DNA from: a bacterium
GTDB taxonomy: Bacteria > Chloroflexota > Dormibacteria > Aeolococcales > Bog-877
Direction of reading: 5' to 3'
Length of the DNA stretch: 64,000 nt
Assembly: GCA_021802045.1 (NCBI GenBank)
Contig: JAKABB010000003.1
Span: forward strand, 2,630 to 66,629
The position numbers and the translations under genes were made by a program. Under the pieces are notes generated by a model. It was not told where the DNA came from. It saw nothing but the letters and a program-made list of their open reading frames with translations, and made no database searches. Shown here one piece after another: positions 35,869-45,300 of this stretch (position 1 is the first letter of the stretch; the number at the start of each line of letters is the position of its first letter).

Positions 35869-35893
35869 TTGCAACGGTCGTAGAGTCAAGGGT

Positions 35894-36937
35894 ATGAGGA
35901 CAAGCCAGCGGCCGGCGCCGACCAGCACCGGCCCCGCGCGCCTCACGATTGGGGAGGTCGCGGCCCTGACGGGGATCACGCCCGGACGCATCCGCCACTA
36001 CGAGGCCCGGGGGCTCCTCAGCCTGGCCCACGCGCCCAGTGGCTATCGCTTCTTCCGCGCGGCCGACGTCCTGCGACTGCTCCACATCGACCTCCTGCGC
36101 AGCCTCGGCTTCGGGCTCGCAGAGATCCGGGAGTCGCTGGGCCCGGACGAGCACGGGCTGGTGGCGGCGCTGGCCCGACACCGCCAGGCCCTCCTGGCCG
36201 AGCGCGCCCGCCTCGATCGGCTGGTGGAGGCGGTGGACCAGGCCCTGGCCCACCCGGACCAGCCCGCCGAGGCCGTCGCCGCCCATGTGGCCTCCGCGCA
36301 CCGCGACAGCCTTGGCATCTTCGGACGCCTCACCGAGCCCCTGTCGGACCCGGCGGCCGAGACCTACGCCGACCTCCTGGGAGGCTGGGAGCTGCCGGTC
36401 TCGCCGGTCCTGGGACGGCTGATGCTCCCCGCTCCAGTTACGGGGCTGCTGGAGCGCCTGGCCCAGCACCCCGGGCACCCGCTGGTCTTCGACCGGATGC
36501 GCAAGCTCGCCGCCGAGGTCATGTCCCTGAGCCAGGACCCGCAAGCCACCGAGTCGGACGCCGACCACCTCGCCCGCAGGTGGGTGGATGGGCAGCTGGC
36601 CCAGCCTCTGCCGCCTTCGATCAGCGCCATCTTCGAGGCCGTCGTCCCCCGGATGCCCCAGTTGGACACCGTCAATCAGGGCTTCCAGCTGTGGGCCGAA
36701 TCAATCTCCCCCCTGGCGGCCCGGGTGCTGCGCACCATGCAGGCCGAGGCGCGGCGGGCCGGCGCATCCCTCCTCGGCGCCATCGTTGTGGGCCCCGCCG
36801 AGCCCCGGCGCCACCCAGCCAGACCCTTGCGAAGGCTCCACTCCACCGCGTCCGCCAACGGCGCGCGCGCCACAGCCACCCGCCCGAGCCACCCGCCAGC
36901 CACACCGCCCCTCACCCGTTTCAGTGGAGGATCTTGA
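35894..36937 (+). CDS. MerR-family transcriptional regulator with a long (~270 aa) C-terminal domain
   Basis: The N-terminal HTH reads LTIGEVAALTGITPGRIRHYEARGLL..YRFF..DVLRLLHIDLLRSLGFGLAEI. It is followed by a coiled-coil-like segment and an uncharacterised C-terminal region. Confidence 0.8.
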   Translation: MRTSQRPAPTSTGPARLTIGEVAALTGITPGRIRHYEARGLLSLAHAPSGYRFFRAADVLRLLHIDLLRSLGFGLAEIRESLGPDEHGLVAALARHRQALLAERARLDRLVEAVDQALAHPDQPAEAVAAHVASAHRDSLGIFGRLTEPLSDPAAETYADLLGGWELPVSPVLGRLMLPAPVTGLLERLAQHPGHPLVFDRMRKLAAEVMSLSQDPQATESDADHLARRWVDGQLAQPLPPSISAIFEAVVPRMPQLDTVNQGFQLWAESISPLAARVLRTMQAEARRAGASLLGAIVVGPAEPRRHPARPLRRLHSTASANGARATATRPSHPPATPPLTRFSGGS

Positions 36938-37248
36938 TGAAGCGTCCCCGGGAATTCCCCCCCATAGCCGTCTCCCCCCTGGGGGCCGATCTGTTCCTGG
37001 TCAGGGTCGGCGCGCGCACTCGGCACCGGGTCCGAGCCAACGCGACCGTCCTCGACCGCCTCCGCGCCGAGGGTGAGACGGACGCCGACGTGATCCAGCG
37101 CGCCTTCAAGTTCCTGCTGGAACGTGAGCCGCCGGAGGCCATCCTCTCCGCCTTCGCCATCGAGGACGTGGCTCGCTACTTCCCCAGCTTCTGGACCGCG
37201 ATGGGAGCCAGCCTGCCCCAGCGTGCCGCCGAGGGCGGAGGGGGCTGA
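36937..37248 (+). CDS. Hypothetical protein (103 aa)
   Basis: The ATG overlaps the merR stop (TGATG) and follows a GGAGGA SD. The third codon position is strongly G/C, as in neighbouring real genes. The sequence is MKRPREFPPIAVSPLGADLFLVRVG..FKFLLEREPPEAILSAFAIEDVARYFPSFW. I recognise no family. Confidence 0.6.
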   Translation: MKRPREFPPIAVSPLGADLFLVRVGARTRHRVRANATVLDRLRAEGETDADVIQRAFKFLLEREPPEAILSAFAIEDVARYFPSFWTAMGASLPQRAAEGGGG

Positions 37249-37260
37249 ACCCGAGCCAGG

Positions 37261-37539
37261 CTAGGCAACCGGAGGGGCGGAGCCGGCCGGAGCCACCGCC
37301 CGGTAGGCCGCGGTGGACTCGGCGACCTCCGTGCGATAGGCGGCGGCCGTGCGCCAGGCCACGTGCAGCAACTCCAGCCGGCGCCGCATCCGGTCAAGTT
37401 CGCCGACGATCACGGCCCCGGCCTGTCGGGCTGGCGCATCCTCCAAGGGCTCGACGGCGTTGATCAGTCCGCTGACGGCCACCCGGGCCGTCTCCAGCGC
37501 GCCGAGCGCGTCGTCCAGGGTGTCGCTGGTGGCTCTCAT
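37261..37539 (-). CDS. Hypothetical small helical protein (92 aa)
   Basis: This is an internal ATG of the implausible 376-aa track ORF, preceded by a GGAGGG SD. The third codon position is high in GC. The sequence is MRATSDTLDDALGALETARVAVSGLINAVEPLED... Confidence 0.45.
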   Translation of the reverse strand: MRATSDTLDDALGALETARVAVSGLINAVEPLEDAPARQAGAVIVGELDRMRRRLELLHVAWRTAAAYRTEVAESTAAYRAVAPAGSAPPVA

Positions 37540-37725
37540 GTCCCTCCAAGTCCCACGGTATCGCGAGTCTGAACGACCGATGTCCCCGGCACCGGGCTCA
37601 CTGCGGCAAACGCCGTCCGCCCTCGGAACGTTTCGCTGGGCCGCCTCCATGGCTCGCACCGGTGCCGTCATGCGACGATGCCCCAGCCGGGACCCCCGGC
37701 CCAGCGGGTGACGGAGGGAGCGGCC

Positions 37726-38505
37726 ATGAGCGGGGCGGTTCTGGGAATCGACATCGGGGGGACCGGGATCAAGGGTGGCGCCGTCGACCTGGGGCGCGGG
37801 CGGTTGGTTGGCGACCGCCTGCGGGTTCGGACGCCGCGGCCGGCGGACCCCGGGGCCGTCGGCCGGGTCGTGCAGCGCGTCGCGACCGGCCTGATCGCAC
37901 GGCACCAGCTCGCTCCGCGGATCGGCTGCACCTTCCCCGGCGCGGTGGTGAACGGCGTCGTCCGCAGCGCCCCCAACCTCTCGGCGGCCTGGGTCGGTGT
38001 CGACGCGGCGGCCGTCCTCGGCGCGGCCGTCGACGCCCCGGTGACAGTCCTCAACGACGCGGACGCGGCCGGCCTGGCCGAGGTGGCCTTCGGGGCCGGA
38101 GAGGGGCAGGCCGGTGTGGTCGTGATGCTGACCCTGGGCACCGGCATCGGCAGCGCGATCTTCCTCCACGGCGAGTTGCTGCCCAATACCGAGTTCGGCC
38201 ACATCGAACTCCACGGCCACGACGCCGAGCGGCTGGCCTCTGACCACACGCGCCAGCGCAAGGCGCTCTCCTGGAAGCGATGGGCCCAGCGTCTCAGCGA
38301 CTACCTGCAGCACTTGGAGGGGCTGCTGTACCCGGACCTCTTCATCCTGGGCGGGGGCGTCAGCGCCCACGCCACCGACTTCATCCCGCACCTCAAGACC
38401 CAGGCGCCGGTCGTCCCGGCCCGCCTGGGCAACGCCGCGGGCATCATTGGGGCAGCGCTGGCCGCCGCCCCGCCCGACCGCCGCCCGAGCCAGCGGCTAT
38501 CGTAG
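37726..38505 (+). CDS. ppgK: Polyphosphate glucokinase (ROK family)
   Basis: Motifs LGIDIGGTGIKGG, VTVLNDADAAGLAE, LTLGTGIGSA and EFGHIELHG are present. I chose the start MSGAV after a GGAGGGA SD. Confidence 0.88.
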   Translation: MSGAVLGIDIGGTGIKGGAVDLGRGRLVGDRLRVRTPRPADPGAVGRVVQRVATGLIARHQLAPRIGCTFPGAVVNGVVRSAPNLSAAWVGVDAAAVLGAAVDAPVTVLNDADAAGLAEVAFGAGEGQAGVVVMLTLGTGIGSAIFLHGELLPNTEFGHIELHGHDAERLASDHTRQRKALSWKRWAQRLSDYLQHLEGLLYPDLFILGGGVSAHATDFIPHLKTQAPVVPARLGNAAGIIGAALAAAPPDRRPSQRLS

Positions 38506-38571
38506 GGAGACCGGGGCCGTCGCCCGACGACCCACCCGGCAGGGCAAGAGTACACAGCGGGAGGACGAGCC

Positions 38572-39003
38572 GTGGCTGAGAGCACAGCACAGGTGACGTG
38601 GACCGGCGACCTCCGCAGCGGGCGAGGATCCGTCCAGTTCCAGCGGGGAGCGCTCCCGGCGGCCGCCGTCAGCTGGGCCGGGCGCACCGGCGAGACCGAC
38701 GAGGGGACCACTCCCGAGGAGCTCCTGGCGGCGGCCCATGCCGCCTGCTTCTCGATGGCGTTCTCCAGCGGGCTGGCCCGAGGAGGCCATCCCCCCACGA
38801 CGCTGCGGGTGAGCGCCACCGCCACCTTCGACGCCACGGCCGTGCGGATCACCCGAATCCACCTCGCCGTGAGCGGGCAGGTCCCCGGGCTCGATGCCGC
38901 CGGCTTCCAGAGCGCTGCGGCGGACGCCGCCGCCAACTGCCCGGTCTCCAAGGCGCTGGAGGGAAATGTCGAGATCGACGTGGAGGCGGAGCTCCTCACC
39001 TGA
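38572..39003 (+). CDS. osmC: OsmC-family peroxiredoxin
   Basis: This 143-aa protein has the motifs TTPEELLAAAHAACFSMAF and ANCPVSKAL, which carry the two conserved Cys residues. The start codon is GTG. Confidence 0.85.
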   Translation: MAESTAQVTWTGDLRSGRGSVQFQRGALPAAAVSWAGRTGETDEGTTPEELLAAAHAACFSMAFSSGLARGGHPPTTLRVSATATFDATAVRITRIHLAVSGQVPGLDAAGFQSAAADAAANCPVSKALEGNVEIDVEAELLT

Positions 39004-39046
39004 GGACCGGCCCGCGCTGCACTGTGCCGTACCCTTGGCCCAACGC

Positions 39047-39121
39047 TGGGGCGTCGCCAAGTGGTAAGGCAGGGGACTTTGGATCCCCCACTCGAAGGTT
39101 CGAATCCTTCCGCCCCAGCCA
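39047..39121 (+). tRNA. tRNA-Gln (anticodon TTG)
   Basis: I folded it by hand. The acceptor stem is tggggcg/cgcccca with a U1-A72 pair. The D stem is 3 bp (gcc/ggc). The anticodon arm is gggga-cTTTGga-tcccc and the T arm is gaagg-ttcgaat-ccttc. The CCA end is encoded. Confidence 0.9.
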
Positions 39122-39531
39122 GTTTGACCTCGCCGATGGGGCCACTCAGCCCCCTCCGGCGGCACTTGCCGTCTGGATCGCGGTTGGTGGGGCGACCCCT
39201 GAGGGTCGTCCCCAGCGCGATCCGCCGCGCCACCCCCCGACGCCCCATGTGGCCTCTCGCTCCCCAGGCCGACCCGGTAAGGCCCCCCTCCCGCGGGCGA
39301 GTTCACCCGGAGCCATCTGACGCTCCTGGCGCCGCCGCTCAGCGGTCGCACCCGGTGTTGAGCCCCTCTGCGAGTCGAGGATCGGACCCCAGAACCCCAC
39401 CACGGCTCCCAGTCCGCTGCCGGTGGCTCGTCGCACCACCCGCCGCCTCGGCTCCGGGGCCCGCAGCCACTGCCGCCAGCCGTGGGCAGGCCCCCCGGCC
39501 CAGGGGCCCCGGAACGGGACCCGCGTGCCCG

Positions 39532-41553
39532 TCACCCGGCCGGGCCAGGCTCCACAGGGCCCTGGAGCTCGTGGGCCAGCGCCACGAAGGGGGCCAGCGC
39601 CGCCACGTTCGCCACCGAGCCGGGGTTCAGGATCGCGCCCGGGTCCAGGCCCTGAAGGATGCGTTTCACCGGCACCTCCAGCTTCTTGCCATTGAGGGTC
39701 TTGGGGATCTCCGGTACCGCGATGATGCGGTCGGGAACATGGCGCGGCGACACCGTCGTCCGGATCTGGCCCGCGATCCGCGCCTCCAGCTCCGGGTCCA
39801 GGGCCCGCCCCGGGGCCAGGACCACGAAGAGCGGCATGAATTCCGGCCCGTTCGGCCGCTCAACGTCCACGACCAGGCTGTCGGTGACCTCTGGCAGGGC
39901 TTCGACCGCCCGGTAGATCTCACTCGAGCCCATGCGCACGCCGAGCCGGTTGATGGTGGAGTCCGACCGCCCGTAGATCACCACGCCCCCATCCGGGCGG
40001 ATGCGCACCCAGTCGCCGTGGCGCCAGACCCCGGGGAACATCTCGAAGTAGCTGGCGCGGTAGCGGCGCCGCTCGGGGTCGTTCCAGAAGCCGATCGGCA
40101 TCGACGGCATGGGGGCGGTGACCACCAGCTCGCCGACAGCGTCGCTCACCGGACGGCCATCGGGGCCGTAGGCCTCCACCCGCGCCCCCAGCGCTCGGCA
40201 CTGGATGACCCCCGCACGGACCGGGAGCCAGGGGGCGCCCAACACGAAGCCGGTGCAGACGTCGGTGCCGCCACTGACCGAGGCCAGCCACAGGTCGCGC
40301 TTCACCGCCTGGTACACCCAGCGGAAGCCCGCGGCCGGTAGCGGCGACCCGGTCGACCCGACCGACCGCAGCCGGCTGAGGTCGAAGCGCTCCCCGGGAG
40401 CCAGCCCCGCCTTCTGCGAGGCGGTGAGCTGGCCCGCGCTGGTCCCGAAGAGGGTGACGCCCGCCGTCTCGGCGAGCTGCCACAGCGCACCGGCATCGGG
40501 ATGGGCCGGACTGCCGTCGTAGAGGACGATGGTGGCCCCCAGGAGCAGGCCGCTGACCAGGAAGTTCCACATCATCCAGCCGGTGGTGGTGAACCAGAAG
40601 AACCGGTCCTCCGGACCCAGGTCGTGGTGCAGCCCCAAAGCCTTCAGATGCTCGAGGGCGATGCCCCCGTGGCTCTGGACGATCGGCTTGGGGAGCCCCG
40701 TGGTCCCCGAGGAGTAGAGGATCCAGAGCGGGTGCCCGAACGGGACGGGCTCGAACCGCAGCGGCGCCGGCTCGCGGAGGAGTTCATCCCAGAGCATGTG
40801 CCCGGCGCCATGGGGGAGCTGGTCGGCGGCGCCCAGGTAGGGAATCCAGACCACCCGCCGGACGCTGGGCAGCTGGCGCGCCAGCTCCACCACCACCTGC
40901 CGGCGGTCGTGGTCCCGACCGGCGTACCGGTGCCCATCGGTGGCCAGCAGCAGCACGGGCTCGATCTGACGGAACCGGTCTGCCACGCTGGGGCCACCGA
41001 AGTCGGGGGAACAGCTGGACCACACCGCCCCCACGCTGGCACAGGCCAGCAGGCCCACCACCGCCTCTGGGATGTTGGGGAGGTAGGCGGCGACGCGGTC
41101 GCCGGGCTGCACCCCGAGCGCGCGCAGCCCGGCCGCGGCGGCGGCCACCTGGGATCCGAGCTCCGACCACGACACGCTGTCCAGGGGCCGCACCTCGGAG
41201 AGGTGCACGATCGCCGGCCGGTCGCGGTCAGCGTGCCGCAGCGCCTGCTCCGCGTAGTTGAGCGTCGCCCCCGGGAACCAGGCCACGTCCGGCATCGTCC
41301 CGGGCGTCACCACCGGGCCCGGCGGTCGTGTGCCCCGCACGTCGAAGAAGCGCCACACACTGTCCCAGAAGGCATCGAGGTCCCCAACCGACCATCGCCA
41401 GAGGGCGGTGTACTCGAAGCCGGATGGCGCCCCGGCGGGCCGGGCGGCCATCGCGAACCGCGTGAGCGCGCACCCCTCCCGCAACGCAGCGCTCGGCTCC
41501 CATAGGACCTCGGCGGTGTCCTCGCCGCCCACCCCGCTGCCCGACCCGTTCAT
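39532..41553 (-). CDS. Acetoacetate-CoA ligase (acetoacetyl-CoA synthetase)
   Basis: The N-terminus reads LWEPS..LTRF..YTALWRWSVGDLDAFW. The AMP-binding motif YSSGTTGLPKPIV is present, and the length (673 aa) fits this enzyme. I chose the ATG at 41553 after a GGAGG SD. The track ORF extends 167 codons further upstream into non-protein-like sequence. Confidence 0.88.
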   Translation of the reverse strand: MNGSGSGVGGEDTAEVLWEPSAALREGCALTRFAMAARPAGAPSGFEYTALWRWSVGDLDAFWDSVWRFFDVRGTRPPGPVVTPGTMPDVAWFPGATLNYAEQALRHADRDRPAIVHLSEVRPLDSVSWSELGSQVAAAAAGLRALGVQPGDRVAAYLPNIPEAVVGLLACASVGAVWSSCSPDFGGPSVADRFRQIEPVLLLATDGHRYAGRDHDRRQVVVELARQLPSVRRVVWIPYLGAADQLPHGAGHMLWDELLREPAPLRFEPVPFGHPLWILYSSGTTGLPKPIVQSHGGIALEHLKALGLHHDLGPEDRFFWFTTTGWMMWNFLVSGLLLGATIVLYDGSPAHPDAGALWQLAETAGVTLFGTSAGQLTASQKAGLAPGERFDLSRLRSVGSTGSPLPAAGFRWVYQAVKRDLWLASVSGGTDVCTGFVLGAPWLPVRAGVIQCRALGARVEAYGPDGRPVSDAVGELVVTAPMPSMPIGFWNDPERRRYRASYFEMFPGVWRHGDWVRIRPDGGVVIYGRSDSTINRLGVRMGSSEIYRAVEALPEVTDSLVVDVERPNGPEFMPLFVVLAPGRALDPELEARIAGQIRTTVSPRHVPDRIIAVPEIPKTLNGKKLEVPVKRILQGLDPGAILNPGSVANVAALAPFVALAHELQGPVEPGPAG

Positions 41554-42320
41554 GCCAGCCTCCTCTGATCCTCTCGCGCGCTCCCCGGACCCCATGGTAC
41601 GGAGCGCGAGTGGCCGCGCCGGCGGCGGCGGGGGCTCCTCCGCGCGAGCCGGAGCGGGCAGCCGGCCATCCGTCGATCCGCACCGGTGCTGCCCCTGGTG
41701 GCGCCAATCCTGCGCCACGCCGAGAACAGCCTTGAACTTGTGGCCGCGGCCGCGCCGCGGGTGGCGGCCCCGCGCCGGGTTCGCCCTGGCGGGCCTCGAC
41801 GCCCGCCGAGTCCCAGGCCTCGGATCGTGCTCCTCGGCGCGCCGGGAACCGCTGTCCCCGCCTGTGATCCGCCCGCGGGATCGCGGCCCTGCCGGTGGTC
41901 GCCGCCCGGGGGCGGTCCGCGGCGATCGTCCGCTGGTGGCCCTGGCCCAAGTGCTGTCGCCGACCCCGGCTCGCCCGCTCATCGAGGGCACGGACTGGGA
42001 CCGCCCTCCTCCCGGGTCGAGGCCGCCCCGGGCCCCAACCGGTTGGTGCGGCACCGGCTACTGCGTGACGATCGCTCCCGAGGCGGCCGCGCGGCCCGCG
42101 ACGCACGGCCCGCACCGCGCGGCCGCCCCACTCGCCCGGACGAACACGGCCCTCCTGTGGCCACGGATCCACGCAGCGGTGGCCGTGCCCCGGGCCCAGG
42201 CAACCCTCCGCCAGGCGTTGGCCGCGGGCTGCCGGGCGCGGCCCCGCTGGCGCCCGCCGTCGCCCGCGGCCATGGGTCGCCGCCGGCTGCCGACAGCCGC
42301 CCAGCGGTGAGGGGATGCGC

Positions 42321-45300
42321 TCAGCTGAACCAGCCGACGACGTCGATGACCACGTCGGTCCGACCGTACGAGTTGTAGACGTCGATGGCGCCCGCCGCCC
42401 CCAGGGTCGCGACCGTCATGTTGGGCACGGTCTTGCCCTTGACCCAGTTGACGTCCGACGCCGTCGGGCGGGCGGCCGTCCCCGCCGGGTACACGGTGAG
42501 GAAACCTGCGGTGGTGGTGTCCGTCACGGTGACGTTCATCACCACGGCGCTCGCCCCGCTGGACGGGACGCCGGCCAACCCGGCCACCGGCACCGTCAGC
42601 ACCTGGCCCGGACCCAGCGTCTGACCGGTCAGGCGGGTGTCGAGCAGGCGGTGGGGCGCCAGCGGGACCAGCAGGCCATCCGTGCCGGGGGTCACCGAGC
42701 CGTCGGTGAAGTACCCGTTGACGTCGACCACGATCTGGGTGTCCCCGTAGGAGTTGTAGAGGGTCACCTGCCCGCCGGAGCCCACCGGAACCATGACCCG
42801 ATTGGCCACCGTCTCCCCCTTGACCCAGTTCACGTTGGACGCCGTGGGCCGAGCCTCGCCGGTGGGGTAGGCGGTGAGGAACCCTGACCGCGTGGTCTGG
42901 GTCACGGTCACGTTCATCACCACCGCCGCCACCCCGCTGGCGGGGACCCCGCCGCGGCCGGTCACCTGGAGCGCGATCGTCTGCCCGCCGGCGATGGGCC
43001 CTGTGATCCCCCCGGTCCCGTTGCGCGTGTCGAGGATCCGGGCGGGGACCAGCCCCGCGTACTGGCCGGCCCCGGAGGTGGGCGCGGCGTAGTAGCCCTC
43101 CACGTCCACCACCACGTCCACCGATCCCGCCGAGTGGTCGGTGATCCCCACCGTGCCGCCGGGGCTGAGGGGCACGGTGACCAGGTTGGGCACCGTCTGG
43201 CCCTTCGCCCAGTTGAGATTGGAGGTGGGGGGGGAGGCGGAGCCCCCGGGGTACACGGTCAGCACCCCGGCTTGGCTGCCCTGCGTCACCGTCACGTTGA
43301 GCACCGCCACCACGGCCCCCGCCGGGACGGCGTCGGAGCCAGTGCCGGTGCCGGTGACCTGGAGTGTGACGCTGCCGCCGGGCGGCAGGGCACTGGACTG
43401 CCGGGTGTCCAGGATCCGGTACGGCGCCAGCGCCGTGTAGGCCTCGCCGGCAGCGTTGCTCAGGTAGATGTACTGGTCGTAGGCCTGGTCGCTGGTGCCG
43501 GTGGCGGTGGTCGCGGTCACCAGCACCGGCCCGGCCGCGTGCGCCGGGACGGTCGCAGTCAGGCGGGTCGGCGACTGGACCGCGACGGCGGGGGCCGCCG
43601 ACCCGCCGAAGGACACGCTGGTCGCACCGGCCACGAAGTCCGTCCCGGTCACCGTCACCTGGGCTCCGCCCGCCGTGGAGCCCGAGCCCGGGGTGACCCC
43701 GGTCACGGTGGGAGCCGAGGCCGTCAGGCGGGCGATCTCGGTCCCCCAGTTCCAGAGGGTGCCGCTGCTGCCGACCCCCTGGTTGGTCGTGACCTCGCCC
43801 GCCACCCACACGTCGCTGGGCGTCCCGGGGTCGATGGCGGCCCCGCTGTAGTCGCCCCAGCGGAAGGAGCTCTGGCCCGCCTGCTCCTGGTAACCCACCG
43901 GGCCCGCGGCCAGGGTGGGGCCCCCGATGATCTGCCCTGTCGCCGGGTCGAAGGCCAGGCTGCCCACGGAGGGGTAGGTCGCCGGGTTCAGGCTGGAGAA
44001 GCCGTAGGTCATCAGGAGGCTGCCGGCGCTGTCGAGCCCGAAGGCCGGGTAGTAGAGGTCCGTGCCCGTCTGCCCGATGTTGACGTCGGTGCCAATCGCG
44101 GGCGAGACGCCGGGGCTGACGGCGACGCTCATGACCCGCAGGCAGGCCTGCTGGGTGGTCTGACCGGAGGGGACACAGGCCTCATTGCCGGCGGTCCAGA
44201 GCACCCCGCCGCGCCAGAGCGCCTCCAGCAGGCGGTTGTCGTCCGTGTTGAGGGCCGGCCCACCACCAGGCTGGGCGGCCAGCGGCGGCGGGGCCATCTC
44301 GGAAACGGCCCGGGTCCACTGGCGCATGGTCACGTCCCCCGCCGCCGGGGTGCCGGTCACAGCCACCACCTGCAGCGCCGATCCAGTCGGGGTGCTGGCG
44401 ACCAGATACTCGGTGGAGAGCGCACCCAGCGCCTGCACCGGCACCAGGCCGAACTGGCCGGGGTTGGCCGGGAACGCGTCCACGGCCACGCTGGAGCTGC
44501 CACTGACGACCTCCGACTTCTGGAGCACCCAGGTCTGGGCTCCGGTGAAGTTGCGGCTGCCGTTGAAGTCATTGGCGGAGATGGCCACCACGGAGGAGTC
44601 CACGCCGACCTTGGGCTGGTCGGCGATGACCGGCTGCAGGCCTCCCACCCGGTAGACGGTCCACCCGGCCGAGGCGTCGCTGCTGGTGGACACCGCCAGG
44701 TACACCTGACTCTGGGACGTGCTGGGGTCGAAGGAGAGCGTGCTCATGAACCAGCGGCCGCTGCCAGCGTCGTAGAGCGCCCGGGGGTCGGTGGGTTGAA
44801 AGCCGCCGCCGATGCCAAAGAAGGTGGCCAGCCCGGTGTGGGCCAGCAGCGTGCCGCCCTTGCTGTAGACGGCGACCGTGTCGTTGACGGCCTCCAGCAG
44901 CTGGGTGGGCCCGGCGGCCAGCTGGGTGTCGGGCGGCTCGGTCGCCACCCCCATGGCACTGTACTGGGCCGCGTTGCTGATGCCGGCGAACTTGGTCAGG
45001 ATCTCGACGGCCGTCGGCGTGCTCCCCGTCAGCGCTCTTGGCCCCGTCGAGCCGGCCGGCACCAGCCGCGGCGACCCGCCGGCCGACGCCGGAGCGCTGA
45101 CCGCGGTCGACCGCCGGGTGGTGAGCAGCGGCAGCGGCCGCAGCAGGCGCGGGGCGGCCCCGGCCGCAGGGGCCTGGATCATCTCCCCCAGGCCCCTGAC
45201 CCGCGTGGCCCAGCTCGCGACCGGCCTGGTGACCGATCCGGGAACGGTGTTCGCCCGGGCCGCGACGGCGGGCCCCAGGGCGGTGGTGGTCAATGCCAGG

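Noticed and set aside
39532-42054. An 840-aa version of the acetoacetyl-CoA synthetase ORF
   Set aside because: The extra 167 N-terminal codons are Arg/Pro/Gly-rich. The ATG at 41553 has a GGAGG SD and gives the normal ~670-aa length.
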